A DNA stretch of 64,000 bases from an uncultured Planctomycetales bacterium (lineage in GTDB: Bacteria; Omnitrophota; Gorgyraeia; Zapsychrales; Fredricksoniimonadaceae): contig CAZOXU010000001.1 in NCBI GenBank assembly GCA_964583975.1, positions 227,552-291,551 of the forward strand. The letters are read 5' to 3'. A program made the translations under genes and the position numbers. Positions 29,757-40,884 of this stretch are shown here, piece by piece; the stretch's first letter is position 1, and the number at the start of each line of letters is the position of its first letter. Below the pieces are notes generated by a model. The model ran no database searches. It saw only the letters and a program-made list of their open reading frames with translations, and was not told the DNA's origin.

Positions 29757-29758
29757 AA

Positions 29759-31453
29759 TTATATTCTCTGGTAAATCCGAGCTCCTGGGGTTTCGGCAAC
29801 TTGAGCATAAGATTGTTCAACGACCTTTAACATTTCTTCATGTTTAATCTTACTTGGAGGATACCCCAAGGTGACCTTATCCCATACTTGCGAATATTCT
29901 TTTTGCACAATCACAAATTTGGCTTTTAAATCTTTAAAGTTTCTAAAATATTCATTAAACCAATCTTCCTTAATCCATGCCAATGTACAAAATGGAAAAC
30001 GTCCTAAAAATGGCCGATCAAATAGAAAATTATAAATTCCACCTTCAGGATACATCACAAAGATGTCGTCTTTTTGACTGTTCTTAAGAACAAAATCATT
30101 TAATAAATTAATTTCCTGAGCTTGCGTTGAAGGAACCCAAATCCCCTGAGCTCTCTCGATCGTTAATTGTTCATAAGGAATCTTTGGATTGGTTAACTTA
30201 TAGTTCTTAGCATCTTTTCCTGAGAATACATGACGTACATATTGCGCACTCCAGAAACGATTGTTATACCGTGCAAAAGCATAGGCCGTTGATGAAATAA
30301 AAAGTGCTGCCAAACAAACAGCAATCACTAATCTATTAATTGAATTGGTTTGATAGTTTTTTCCCCATATCCATAGAATAAATGCTTCTATCAAAAAGAA
30401 ATAAATAATCTTCTCTGGCATTAGAGCCATTTCAAACTGAGAAGCTAAAATGGCTCTAAAAGCGGTGTTGTACATAAGAAATCCGAAAATTCCCAAGGCC
30501 AATAAGCCTGTTTCAAAAGATGTCCATCGTCTTTGGTACAAACGTATGGCCAAAAATCCTAAAAGAAATACATAGGTATAAGCAGGTGTTAACTGCTTAA
30601 AATTAACGCTAGAGGGATTAATCATAGCAGCTAAAGCTTCTGGGAAATTGCTAGGAAAAACATCGATCAAATGTAAATTAACCACTGTTTGAAAGCGTGT
30701 CGCCATATTCCAAATTGAATCCAGATAAGGAACAAAGGCCTGCTGTTGCCCGCTATATATTAACCATGGCAAAACTCCCAAAAAGCCCCAACCTATAAAA
30801 CAAACCAATGCCTTAAAAACAATTTTGGATTGGATAAATCGACCTAAAAAAGCTATACCTAAGGAAAACATAATGGCCATGGCAGGAAATATTCCCATTT
30901 CAACGCTCGTTAAGGTTGCTGCCGCTGTGGATAAAGCTGCACCTGTCATCCAACCCATGCGGTGATTTTTTAAGAATCTTATAAAACAATACATTGCCAT
31001 TAAACCCAATGCGTAACGCATCCCTCCCCAATTCATGAAACAAACACGAGGGAAAGTACGCGCGATAATAACCGGAATCATCATATAAAACATGAATCTG
31101 CTATGTATTAATTCACGCGCAACAAGAACCACTAACACCAAACACATAACATTACCTACAAAAAAGTAAGCACATAAAACTCCTAGATGATTTCCAAACA
31201 TTCCCATTAACCATGCAGGCACATAAAGCTCCAGAGGTCCTCGCAAATGAAAAAAGTCCTTATAAGGCACCATGCCATGCTCAATAGCATTGATTCCAGG
31301 TAAATATAAACCTAATTCATATGTGTTAATTTGATTGTTGAGATAATACGGATTTACTGTAATTAAAATCACAAATACAATTAATACGCCAGTGTCCTTC
31401 CATTGAGGAGGCTGAATCAAAATATTATTAAGAGTAGCTAGAATTTTATTCAT
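29759..31453 (-). CDS. Large polytopic membrane protein (564 aa) with a C-terminal soluble domain. Possible glycan polymerase or membrane glycosyltransferase.
   Basis: Multi-TM ORF embedded in the glycan cluster. No motif recognised. Confidence 0.45.
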   Translation of the reverse strand: MNKILATLNNILIQPPQWKDTGVLIVFVILITVNPYYLNNQINTYELGLYLPGINAIEHGMVPYKDFFHLRGPLELYVPAWLMGMFGNHLGVLCAYFFVGNVMCLVLVVLVARELIHSRFMFYMMIPVIIARTFPRVCFMNWGGMRYALGLMAMYCFIRFLKNHRMGWMTGAALSTAAATLTSVEMGIFPAMAIMFSLGIAFLGRFIQSKIVFKALVCFIGWGFLGVLPWLIYSGQQQAFVPYLDSIWNMATRFQTVVNLHLIDVFPSNFPEALAAMINPSSVNFKQLTPAYTYVFLLGFLAIRLYQRRWTSFETGLLALGIFGFLMYNTAFRAILASQFEMALMPEKIIYFFLIEAFILWIWGKNYQTNSINRLVIAVCLAALFISSTAYAFARYNNRFWSAQYVRHVFSGKDAKNYKLTNPKIPYEQLTIERAQGIWVPSTQAQEINLLNDFVLKNSQKDDIFVMYPEGGIYNFLFDRPFLGRFPFCTLAWIKEDWFNEYFRNFKDLKAKFVIVQKEYSQVWDKVTLGYPPSKIKHEEMLKVVEQSYAQVAETPGARIYQRI

Positions 31454-31456
31454 TGT

Positions 31457-32575
31457 TTAATTTCTATCTTTTAAGACTTCTTCAAATACAGTGTTGATTT
31501 GCGCAACTGTTTTTTGAAGACTAAAGCATTCTTCAATTCGCTTTTGACCATTCAGGCCAATTGTTTTTCTTTTTTCTGCATCATTCAAAAGTATTTTAAC
31601 CCTCTTAGCCAATTGTTCTTCATCACCTACGGGTACAAGAAATCCACTTTTCCCATCTTCAATAATTTCTTCAGGACCTCCACATCGAGTTGCAACCACA
31701 GGAACAGCTAAGGCCATCGCTTCCATAATCACTCGCCCAAAAGCTTCCCTAGAAGAAGGATGAACCAAAATATCAAAAGATTGCATTAAGTCCACCACAT
31801 CGTGGCGAGCTTGAATAAAAATAATTCGATCCTCTATACCTAAAGTTCGGGCATAGGCCTTGATATCTTCAGAGCTTAATTGTTTAACATCAGGAGAGTC
31901 TCCAATAATCACAAACATTACATCGCTGAATTGATGGGCAGTATCTCGCATAGCCTTCAAGAAAAACTTATGGCCTTTCAAAGGAATGATATGGGCCACC
32001 ATACCAATAATGGTCTTTCCGCGTAATGTAGAAAATTCTTCTTTTAATACATCGGTAGACTTTCTATTCTTTTTCAACAATGTCAGATCAATACCGTTAT
32101 AAATGTTCACAACCTTTGGGAAGTATTTTGATATTTCAGAGGCAACGCTTTGAGACACCGTAATTAAACAATCAGATTGAAAAGTATTAAATTTCCACAA
32201 CTTATGTCTAGAAATGAAGTCTTGGATGATAGTGATTGATGGGATTCCTACGATTGTAGCAGGCCAAACTGCATAGGAAGAAACGCGGTAATTATTACTA
32301 CAAATTAAATCAATACGGTGTTTTTTACAAAAATCAACAATCACTTTTACAGTGCTTACATTTGCGGTTAAATAAGCAAACTTACGCCAGGCACCAAGGC
32401 GAATATACTCAACTGTCACTCCCAGTTTAACTAATCTTTCTGTTAAAGGTCCAGGCTCCTGGCAAATGAAGAAAACTTTATACCCTTTATCTAAGGCTTC
32501 TATTAACGATAATAAATACCTTTCTGCCCCAGCCATGCATGAGACATGGTGAATAAAAAGTATGTTTTTATTCAT
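31457..32575 (-). CDS. Glycosyltransferase family 4
   Basis: EAFGRVIMEAMALAVPVVATRCGGPEEII is the GT4 E-x7-E nucleotide-sugar binding motif. Confidence 0.8.
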   Translation of the reverse strand: MNKNILFIHHVSCMAGAERYLLSLIEALDKGYKVFFICQEPGPLTERLVKLGVTVEYIRLGAWRKFAYLTANVSTVKVIVDFCKKHRIDLICSNNYRVSSYAVWPATIVGIPSITIIQDFISRHKLWKFNTFQSDCLITVSQSVASEISKYFPKVVNIYNGIDLTLLKKNRKSTDVLKEEFSTLRGKTIIGMVAHIIPLKGHKFFLKAMRDTAHQFSDVMFVIIGDSPDVKQLSSEDIKAYARTLGIEDRIIFIQARHDVVDLMQSFDILVHPSSREAFGRVIMEAMALAVPVVATRCGGPEEIIEDGKSGFLVPVGDEEQLAKRVKILLNDAEKRKTIGLNGQKRIEECFSLQKTVAQINTVFEEVLKDRN

Positions 32576-32590
32576 GGGAGTTTTCTTGAA

Positions 32591-33778
32591 TCAAACTTTA
32601 TGCCCTTTGCTTTTTAAGAATTTAGTAACCGTCTCAAATGCATAGTCACATTGCGATAATTCAATATCTTGATGACACCCAATATGAGTCCCATGATCAG
32701 AACAATATTCTGTCTCAGGAAAATCACCCAACTTATGTCCCATAAATTCGTAGCTAGGTGTTTGGGTGGGGATCGAATAAAACAAATTACGAGAATCTAC
32801 CCCATCTTTTTCAAGCGATGTTACAAATTCATCTTTTGTAAAATTCAAACCGGGTTTAAGAATAATGGAAAACGCATGAGGACCTAGAACCTCATGAGCA
32901 TCTTCTTTTAAAATCCAAAAATACTTTTCTAAAGGGTAAAAAAGCTTAATCAAATAACGCACATTGCGACGTCGTTTCTCTAAAATTTCATGAAAGATCT
33001 CAATATTGCCTAAACCAACGGCTGCTTCAATCTCATTCATCTTGGCTGAAAAACCAATACGTTTAAAACGAAACTTACCATCAATTCCATGATTACGCAA
33101 AGAACGTGCAGCCTCAGCCATTTGATCATTGTTAGTAATGATCATACCCCCTTCGATGGAAGTAATGATATGGGCTGCATACAACGAGAAGCAAGCCATA
33201 TCTCCGATAGCACCAATCTTTTTACCCTTATATTCTGCCCCATGAGCTTCAGCGGCATCTTCAATCACATGAAGTTTGTGTTTTTGGGCAATAGCCATGA
33301 TGCGATCCATGTTGGCGGGTTTACCCATCAAATGCACGGGCATAATGGCTCGTGTCTTTTTAGTGATGGCCGCTTCCACTCGATCAGGATTGATATTCAA
33401 CGTCTCACGATCGACATCCACAAACACAGGTTTGAATCCCGCTTGTAGTACAGCATTACCCGTAGCCACAAAGGTCAATGCCGGGATAATAATTTCATCC
33501 CCACGCTGTGCTCCAAAATCATAAAGCACAGCACAGGCAATGGCATCAGCATCGGTACCGCTGGAAACAGCAATCCCATGCTTGACCCCAAAAAGAGCCG
33601 CAAATTTGTCTTCAAATTCACGGACGTATTTGCCCTTAGTGACCCATTTGGTGGCAATAGCCTCATCGATAAGTATCTTGGCTTTATCAGTAATAGAAAC
33701 TGTTCCAAAAGGCACCTTGTATCCCGCCTTCTTGGCTTCCTGTCCTTCACTAATCGCTGTTGATTTATTAAAATCCAT
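32591..33778 (-). CDS. DegT/DnrJ/EryC1/StrS-family PLP-dependent sugar aminotransferase/dehydratase
   Basis: SSGTDADAIA and family-typical spacing. 395 aa. Confidence 0.8.
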   Translation of the reverse strand: MDFNKSTAISEGQEAKKAGYKVPFGTVSITDKAKILIDEAIATKWVTKGKYVREFEDKFAALFGVKHGIAVSSGTDADAIACAVLYDFGAQRGDEIIIPALTFVATGNAVLQAGFKPVFVDVDRETLNINPDRVEAAITKKTRAIMPVHLMGKPANMDRIMAIAQKHKLHVIEDAAEAHGAEYKGKKIGAIGDMACFSLYAAHIITSIEGGMIITNNDQMAEAARSLRNHGIDGKFRFKRIGFSAKMNEIEAAVGLGNIEIFHEILEKRRRNVRYLIKLFYPLEKYFWILKEDAHEVLGPHAFSIILKPGLNFTKDEFVTSLEKDGVDSRNLFYSIPTQTPSYEFMGHKLGDFPETEYCSDHGTHIGCHQDIELSQCDYAFETVTKFLKSKGHKV

Positions 33779-33786
33779 ATTGTCCC

Positions 33787-34497
33787 CTACATATTTTTTA
33801 AATGTTCTTGGGCCCAGGCATACCGTTCTGGTGTACCAATATCGATAAATTTATTCTCAACTTCAAAAGAACTAAAACCTTTACCTACCAGATACGGAAA
33901 AAAATCGTATTCAATAGAAAATTTGTCCTTAGTATTGACCAAATTAAAAACCTGACGATTCAAGCAATAGGTCCCGGTATTAATAAATGCCTCTTGCTTG
34001 ATGGGCTGCTTCTCTTTAAATGCAATGATACGTTTATCGGCATCAATCTCAATGGTACCGTAATCTCTTGCATCATCTAACCTAGTTACAGCAATGGTCG
34101 CTTGCGCTTTGCATTGCTGATGATAGGCAACCATCTTATTATAATCAACGACACAAAAACAATCTCCATTCAATGCTAGAAAAAGATCGCTTCGGACCAA
34201 TGAAGATCCCTTTTTGATGGCCCCTCCTGTTCCCAAAGGTTCTTGCTCTCGAGAAAATTCAACGCTTAATCCGGGGTGTGCATTTTTTAGAACCGATTCG
34301 ACATTCTGAGCATCGTGACCGGTACACAAAATAAACCTTCGTGCGCCTTGGCCAGCAATATAATCAATTAAAATACTAATAAAAGGCTTACCATCGATCT
34401 GGGCTAAGATTTTCTGAGACCCACCAGTAACAGTCTGCAATCTTTTGCCTAAACCTCCAGCTAAAATAACAACATCAATATCATTTAATGACAACAT
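33787..34497 (-). CDS. Sugar-1-phosphate nucleotidyltransferase (HddC-like heptose-1-P guanylyltransferase candidate). The track ORF extends to 34566.
   Basis: DVVILAGGLGKRL G-rich NTP-binding loop. Adjacent GHMP kinase; GmhB is in the same cluster. Confidence 0.7.
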   Translation of the reverse strand: MLSLNDIDVVILAGGLGKRLQTVTGGSQKILAQIDGKPFISILIDYIAGQGARRFILCTGHDAQNVESVLKNAHPGLSVEFSREQEPLGTGGAIKKGSSLVRSDLFLALNGDCFCVVDYNKMVAYHQQCKAQATIAVTRLDDARDYGTIEIDADKRIIAFKEKQPIKQEAFINTGTYCLNRQVFNLVNTKDKFSIEYDFFPYLVGKGFSSFEVENKFIDIGTPERYAWAQEHLKNM

Positions 34498-34507
34498 AGC
34501 GTAAGGG

Positions 34508-35509
34508 TTATTTGACAATCCCAGTTGAGGGTTGAAAGAAAATGATTTGGGAGCCCAAATTTTCAAATTTTATAGGGACCTCTAATAAATCTTTTAAAGC
34601 TGCGCGTACTTTTGCTTGCTTGCCAGGTTCCACAAAGAAAAGCACAAAACCACCACCACCCGCTCCTAAGAGCTTTCCTCCCATAGCTCCCGCACGGGTA
34701 GCTGCTTCATATAGATCATCAATATTATCGGTAGAGATTTTATCCGATAACGTACGTTTCAATTTCCAGCTTTCATCTAAGAGACGACCAAATTTAGTGA
34801 TATTCCGGCCATTTAAAATCTCAATGGCTTCATAAACCATTTCATACATCCGTGTTAATTCTTTTTTCTTATTAGGAATATTTTTGATTTGATGAGCGGC
34901 AATTTGAGAAGCGGTTCGAGAAAAACCTGTAAAAAAAAGCATTAAATGATCTTGTAAGAGATTGATTTTCTCAAAAGAAATCGTCAAAGGTTGTACACGC
35001 AAATGATTTGTTCCGCCAAATTCAATTAAATTAAAACCGCCATACGCGGCTAAGGTCTGGTCCTGGCATCCTACGTTTTCTTTAATAATATCTTGTTCAA
35101 CATGAATCGATTCTTTGGCCAATTGTTCTTTAGTGACCATCTGACCTTTCAGAGCATACAAGGAATTTAAAAGACCAACGGTAAAAGAAGAACTTGAACC
35201 AAGCCCTGTACGGGCAGGCAAATCGCCATCATGATGAATTTCTACTCCCTCGTGGATATTTAAAAACCGCAACACTTCCCTGACAGAAGGGTGATCAATC
35301 TCATCGATCGACTTATTAACATGCTCCATTTTAGAGTAAATGATGCGTGATTTGTGTTCAAAAAATGGAGGTAAATAGCGGCAAGAAATATAACAATATT
35401 TATCAATGGTGGTAGCGAGCACGGCTCCTTTATTCTCATTAAACCAACCATTATAATCAGTTCCACCACCAAAAAATGACATACGAAACGGAGTACGAGA
35501 AATAATCAT
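34508..35509 (-). CDS. GHMP-family sugar kinase (HddA-like D-glycero-D-manno-heptose 7-phosphate kinase)
   Basis: MIISRTPFRMSFFGGGTDY N-terminus typical of HddA. GHMP ATP-binding GLGSSSS. Confidence 0.7.
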   Translation of the reverse strand: MIISRTPFRMSFFGGGTDYNGWFNENKGAVLATTIDKYCYISCRYLPPFFEHKSRIIYSKMEHVNKSIDEIDHPSVREVLRFLNIHEGVEIHHDGDLPARTGLGSSSSFTVGLLNSLYALKGQMVTKEQLAKESIHVEQDIIKENVGCQDQTLAAYGGFNLIEFGGTNHLRVQPLTISFEKINLLQDHLMLFFTGFSRTASQIAAHQIKNIPNKKKELTRMYEMVYEAIEILNGRNITKFGRLLDESWKLKRTLSDKISTDNIDDLYEAATRAGAMGGKLLGAGGGGFVLFFVEPGKQAKVRAALKDLLEVPIKFENLGSQIIFFQPSTGIVK

Positions 35510-37017
35510 TACGCTGATACCTCTTCTAAGATTTTACGTTTAAGTTTAACTTGCAAAGACTTTAAAGTTTCATTGACTGCGGTTTGACCAAATTTTGTTT
35601 TTATTAAGTCTAGGAATTTAGGATTGGTATGATATTTCATCCAAGCTTCATCACGAAATCCTAAAACCTGCTTGGCACTCAAATATTTGGTCGGTAACGG
35701 CTGTGTATAATAAGAATGTTGTGAAAAACCAGCGTAAGCAGTAGGCAAATTCCATCCTTCTTTTCTAGCGGTCCCATGTAAAGGACTGCCAGGATAGGCC
35801 ATAGCTGAATAAAAATTAGCTTCTTCGGTATTCATCTCCATTGCTAAATCCAAGGTCATTTTCATGCTATCCATATCATCTTCAGGTAGACCAAAAATAT
35901 AGTTACCAATCACATTGATGCCATGCTCTCTGATCTTAGCTACCACTGAACGGATATCCACATCCTCAAAACGTCCCTTAGTGACATCTTTACGCACGCG
36001 GGTATTACCACTTTCAATACCTAAAGCCAACCAATTGACCCCTGCTTTCTTTAAAGTGTCTAAATATTGGTCCTTGACCGTATCAACCCGTGAATAACAC
36101 CAAATATTAAACTTATATCCGCGCTGAATAATTAATTCGCAAAGCTTCATGAAATGATTGGCATTGAGCACAAACAATTCATCAGCAATTTTAATATTCG
36201 TAATGCCTTGCGAAGCAAAGAAATCAAATTCTTTAATAATGTGTTCTGGCTCCCAATAACGAAAAATAGCCGAACCATCCGAATATTCATTTTCCTGACG
36301 ATTAATAATATTAATCATGCAAAAAGAACATTTCATCGGGCATCCTAAGCTTGTATAAAGGGCCACAAAGGGTTGTCTTTTTGTATCATTGGAATAAGAA
36401 TGCCACAAGGCTGTACGGTAATTTTTAAGCGGCAATAGGTCCCAAGCCACCCCAGGAAGATCGCGAGGTAAATCCCCTTTGGCAACGATAGGTGATGGTG
36501 GATTCAAAACAATTCCTCCATCTTTTCTATAGCCTAAGCCCAAAACCTTATCTAAATCATCTTCAAAATTAGTTTGCAAAAGATTAGAAATTGTATAAAC
36601 GCCTTCATTCTGGCAGACGAAATCAATCGAGTTATGTTTCTCTAATACCTCTCGAGGAAGCGCGGCCACGTGACCACCTACAAAAAGTATTTTGACCTGC
36701 GGCATACGATCTTTAAGAGCCGCTGACAAAATGGTTGCTCCTTCCATATTCTGCGAACTAGCCGAAGGCTGTTGACCATAAACCACAAAACAAATCAACC
36801 GAGGGTTTAATCCCATAATCAAATGAGTTGCTTGATCATCGTTCACATGCATGGCTTCGCAATCAAAAATCTCAACACTATATCCTTTTAGACGGCAATG
36901 ATTGGCCAACATCCCTGCCCAGATAGGAGGTTCTACAGCCGAATAGCGCTGCGCCAAATCTTGATAAATACGGTAAGCGGCATTAGGGTGTACAAAAAGT
37001 ATGTCGAGTTGTTTCAT
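35509..37017 (-). CDS. B12-binding-domain radical SAM protein (class B radical SAM methyltransferase-like)
   Basis: N-terminal cobalamin-binding Rossmann-like domain (ILFVHPN..PPIWAGMLA..KILFVGGHVAALP..DFVCQNEG). Followed by CPMKCSFC (CxxxCxxC). Confidence 0.75.
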   Translation of the reverse strand: MKQLDILFVHPNAAYRIYQDLAQRYSAVEPPIWAGMLANHCRLKGYSVEIFDCEAMHVNDDQATHLIMGLNPRLICFVVYGQQPSASSQNMEGATILSAALKDRMPQVKILFVGGHVAALPREVLEKHNSIDFVCQNEGVYTISNLLQTNFEDDLDKVLGLGYRKDGGIVLNPPSPIVAKGDLPRDLPGVAWDLLPLKNYRTALWHSYSNDTKRQPFVALYTSLGCPMKCSFCMINIINRQENEYSDGSAIFRYWEPEHIIKEFDFFASQGITNIKIADELFVLNANHFMKLCELIIQRGYKFNIWCYSRVDTVKDQYLDTLKKAGVNWLALGIESGNTRVRKDVTKGRFEDVDIRSVVAKIREHGINVIGNYIFGLPEDDMDSMKMTLDLAMEMNTEEANFYSAMAYPGSPLHGTARKEGWNLPTAYAGFSQHSYYTQPLPTKYLSAKQVLGFRDEAWMKYHTNPKFLDLIKTKFGQTAVNETLKSLQVKLKRKILEEVSA

Positions 37018-37028
37018 AAAACCTTTTA

Positions 37029-37739
37029 TTAATTATATTTATTAACAAATATTTCTCTAAATGTTTGCCACAAGAAAACGGCTCCCCATGGTAAAACTTG
37101 CAATTTTCGTTTTCCTGACACACGTTCAGGTTCATCACCAGGTATTTCAGCAATCTTTAATCTTTTACGTGCAGCACGGATGGATAATAAAGGTTCCCAG
37201 CTGACACGAGTATTAAAAAGCTTCTCTGGAAAAGCATAAGCTTTTTCATCATTTAAATTTAAATCATAAGCCAATTTGGTTTTATAAGCGCGATAAATAA
37301 CCATCGCATCCGTATAGCGAAAACCATGGAATACGCTGATCATGGTCGTAAAAACCCAATTACCAAAACCTGTTACCACATCATCATCCTGGCTTTTTGC
37401 TCCATCCTTGTATCGAGAAACGATCACCATATCGTAACCTTCCTTCATTTTCTCAATACACTTAGGAATCAGTTCTGGGATGGAATTCCCATCAGGACTA
37501 AAGGTCAAAACCACATCACCGGTAATTTGATCCCAAACTTCTGCATAGGCAAATCGCATACCCTTCTTTTTCTGGATATAAAGCGGATAGCCCATTTGGC
37601 GGCAATGCTCGATGGTCCCATCGGTAGAATTACCATCAACAATCAGCAGCTGGTCATACCATTCTTTTTTAATTAATGGCATGATGGCTTTCATGCCACC
37701 AAGTTCATTGAGAGTTGGGATCAATAAAGTTACCTTCAT
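37029..37739 (-). CDS. Glycosyltransferase family 2 (dolichyl/polyprenyl-phosphate sugar synthase-like)
   Basis: KVTLLIPTLNE..LLIVDGNSTDGT DPM1-like GT2 signature. Confidence 0.7.
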   Translation of the reverse strand: MKVTLLIPTLNELGGMKAIMPLIKKEWYDQLLIVDGNSTDGTIEHCRQMGYPLYIQKKKGMRFAYAEVWDQITGDVVLTFSPDGNSIPELIPKCIEKMKEGYDMVIVSRYKDGAKSQDDDVVTGFGNWVFTTMISVFHGFRYTDAMVIYRAYKTKLAYDLNLNDEKAYAFPEKLFNTRVSWEPLLSIRAARKRLKIAEIPGDEPERVSGKRKLQVLPWGAVFLWQTFREIFVNKYN

Positions 37740-37760
37740 TTTTAACTCGCTTTCTTCACC

Positions 37761-38741
<981 letters not shown>

Positions 38742-39665
38742 TTATGAATTTTTATACGATTGATACGTTTTTCTAATCCCTGATTCTAAATTAACCTTAG
38801 GCTTGAAACCAAGCCGACGCACTCGTGAACTATCGAGCAATTTACGCATGGCTCCATCTGGCTTGGATCTATCAAAAACGATCTTGCCTTTAAAACCAAC
38901 CGCCTTGGCCATAGACACGGCCAATTGGGCAATCGTAATATCTGAACCTACTCCCAAATTGATAATGTCCTTACCCCGGTAATGCTTCATCAAAAATAAG
39001 ACACCGTTAACAAAATCCTCTGAATATAAAAATTCGCGGCGGGGTTTGCCTGTCCCCCACACTACCACTTCCTTCTGATGGTCAACAACAGCTTGATGGA
39101 ATTTAGCCATCAAGGCTCCCATAACATGAGCCGTCTCGATATTGGTATCACTGCCGGGTCCATAGAGAGTTGCTGGCACAATGATCATGGTATTTAATCC
39201 ATATTGCTGGTGATAACTTTGGCAAAGTTTGATTCCAGCTAACTTAGCAGTCGAATACGGCTCACTAGTTGATTCCATGAGACCTTTAAACAAAGAACTC
39301 TCTTTAATGGGTTGCGAGGCATCTTTAGGATAGACACATGAAGCTCCAAAATAAACCAGTTGCTTAGCTTTAAATTGATGCGCGCTATGAATAATATTAT
39401 TTTGGGCCGCAAGATTCTCGTAAATAAATTCTGCTGGATGGTTTTGATTAGCTACAATTCCACCCGAACGAACTGATCCTAAGAAAATATACTCAGGTTT
39501 TATTTTTCTAAAGAATTCTTCCACCTTCTTCTGGGACAATACATCCAAATGATGGCGGCTATTGGTATACACCTTAGAGAATTTCTTTGATGCGAAATAA
39601 TTCCACAGAGAATTCTCCAAACTATCCTTATGACCAATAATTAAAATTCGACTTTTGCGATTCAT
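38742..39665 (-). CDS. GDP-L-fucose synthase-like (GDP-4-keto-6-deoxymannose epimerase/reductase family)
   Basis: SDR lacking the canonical N-terminal GxxGxxG, as in Fcl/WcaG. YIFLGSVRSGGIVANQNHPAEFIYENL matches the Fcl core. Confidence 0.6.
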   Translation of the reverse strand: MNRKSRILIIGHKDSLENSLWNYFASKKFSKVYTNSRHHLDVLSQKKVEEFFRKIKPEYIFLGSVRSGGIVANQNHPAEFIYENLAAQNNIIHSAHQFKAKQLVYFGASCVYPKDASQPIKESSLFKGLMESTSEPYSTAKLAGIKLCQSYHQQYGLNTMIIVPATLYGPGSDTNIETAHVMGALMAKFHQAVVDHQKEVVVWGTGKPRREFLYSEDFVNGVLFLMKHYRGKDIINLGVGSDITIAQLAVSMAKAVGFKGKIVFDRSKPDGAMRKLLDSSRVRRLGFKPKVNLESGIRKTYQSYKNS

Positions 39666-39680
39666 CTATAAAATATAAGT

Positions 39681-40271
39681 TTATTTGGGATTACTTGCAA
39701 TCATGCGCTTGGCATAACATTCTTCGTTATAAAAATTGCCATGCTCAATGATCATGGTTGATTTACCATCGGTTCGCTCCAGAGCATTTTTATAGGCAGG
39801 AAAAATATCTTCTGCATTATTAAGCTCCACAACCTCAATGTGATCAAATAAATTTCTAAAGGCCTTTGCATAATTACCAATGTGCTGATGTCCGGGGTGA
39901 ACTGGAAAATCAGGCCCTGTAGCTACTCGAATGATGACTTTCAAAGGCCACGTTCCCTCACTAATATCAGAGACTTTATCAAGCATATTAGCCATATCAC
40001 CGGTTGCCAATAACAAGAAGTTCTGACGAGGATAAACTGACACAGGAATATAGCCAGCTAAAGCCATGCCAATAGTAAACTGCATCTGAAAACTTTCATT
40101 GATTGGCATTTCCAAAGTCTTGTCTTTCGGACAATCTCTTAAAGTCTGAAACATAAATGTTCCAGGGCCAGCCACGGTTTGTCCTACAAATTGCACCTTG
40201 GGCTGTTGAGCCAACCATTCCATGGTACGTTTTAATTCATCAAAGTATTTAAGATCTGTTGTGGTAGTCAT
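39681..40271 (-). CDS. TPP-dependent enzyme, beta-like subunit (pyrimidine-binding domain; E1-beta / transketolase-like)
   Basis: MPINESFQMQFTIGMALAGYIP resembles the Pyr-domain Glu motif of E1-beta/transketolase. Paired with the upstream PP-domain gene. Confidence 0.5.
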   Translation of the reverse strand: MTTTTDLKYFDELKRTMEWLAQQPKVQFVGQTVAGPGTFMFQTLRDCPKDKTLEMPINESFQMQFTIGMALAGYIPVSVYPRQNFLLLATGDMANMLDKVSDISEGTWPLKVIIRVATGPDFPVHPGHQHIGNYAKAFRNLFDHIEVVELNNAEDIFPAYKNALERTDGKSTMIIEHGNFYNEECYAKRMIASNPK

Positions 40272-40272
40272 A

Positions 40273-40884
40273 TTAAAATTTAATCAACTTTCCTAAGCCC
40301 GAATGCGGGTAACCGTTAGTGTATTTAAAATAAATGATCTTTTTCTCAAATTTAGTGCCCACAAACCATGGTTCTGGTGAACCCCACGTTTCACGTGTAT
40401 TGGTCATAACGCTGACGCCATTGTCCCCCACAATAAACGTGGCTGGCAGGTCAAAATTGTAGACATATTTAACAGCTTCGTGAAAAATCCCTGTTTCCGC
40501 AGACATATCCCCACAGAACAAATAGACGTGGCCTTTTTTATTTTGATGCTTTAAAGACCAGGCTGTGCCAGCTGCTGTTCCCATCAACGAACCTACGATC
40601 CCTGAACATAGCACCTTATATTTAGGAAAACATAGCGCAATACTTTTACCATCAAGAATGGCCTGCTTTAATTCTTCCTTAGGAACTCCCTTTAAAAGGG
40701 CCAATTCGTGTGAATCCCAAAAACCATACACATAATCATCGTCCCCGATTTTATGATCCTGAAAGATTCTGATTAATTGATCTTCCCGGCCAGCTCGTAA
40801 ATGAACAGGGGCTCGAATGACGCCGGTTGCAAAAACATCGGCAATATCTTTTTCAAATGCAACAATCTCTTCTTTGGTAAGCAT
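40273..40884 (-). CDS. TPP-dependent enzyme, alpha-like subunit (diphosphate-binding domain; E1-alpha / transketolase N-terminal-like)
   Basis: GDMSAETGIFHEAVKYVYNFDLPATFIVGDNG fits the GDG-x(25-30)-N thiamine-diphosphate binding motif, with Met in place of the second Gly. Confidence 0.55.
   Translation of the reverse strand: MLTKEEIVAFEKDIADVFATGVIRAPVHLRAGREDQLIRIFQDHKIGDDDYVYGFWDSHELALLKGVPKEELKQAILDGKSIALCFPKYKVLCSGIVGSLMGTAAGTAWSLKHQNKKGHVYLFCGDMSAETGIFHEAVKYVYNFDLPATFIVGDNGVSVMTNTRETWGSPEPWFVGTKFEKKIIYFKYTNGYPHSGLGKLIKF

Noticed and set aside
39681-40884. The two ~200-aa TPP-enzyme ORFs as a single frameshifted transketolase gene
   Set aside because: The combined length (~400 aa) is still far short of transketolase. 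The stop (40273-40275) and start (40271) abut cleanly, with the beta ORF starting on its own ATG. This fits a genuine two-subunit arrangement, though alignment would be needed to confirm it.
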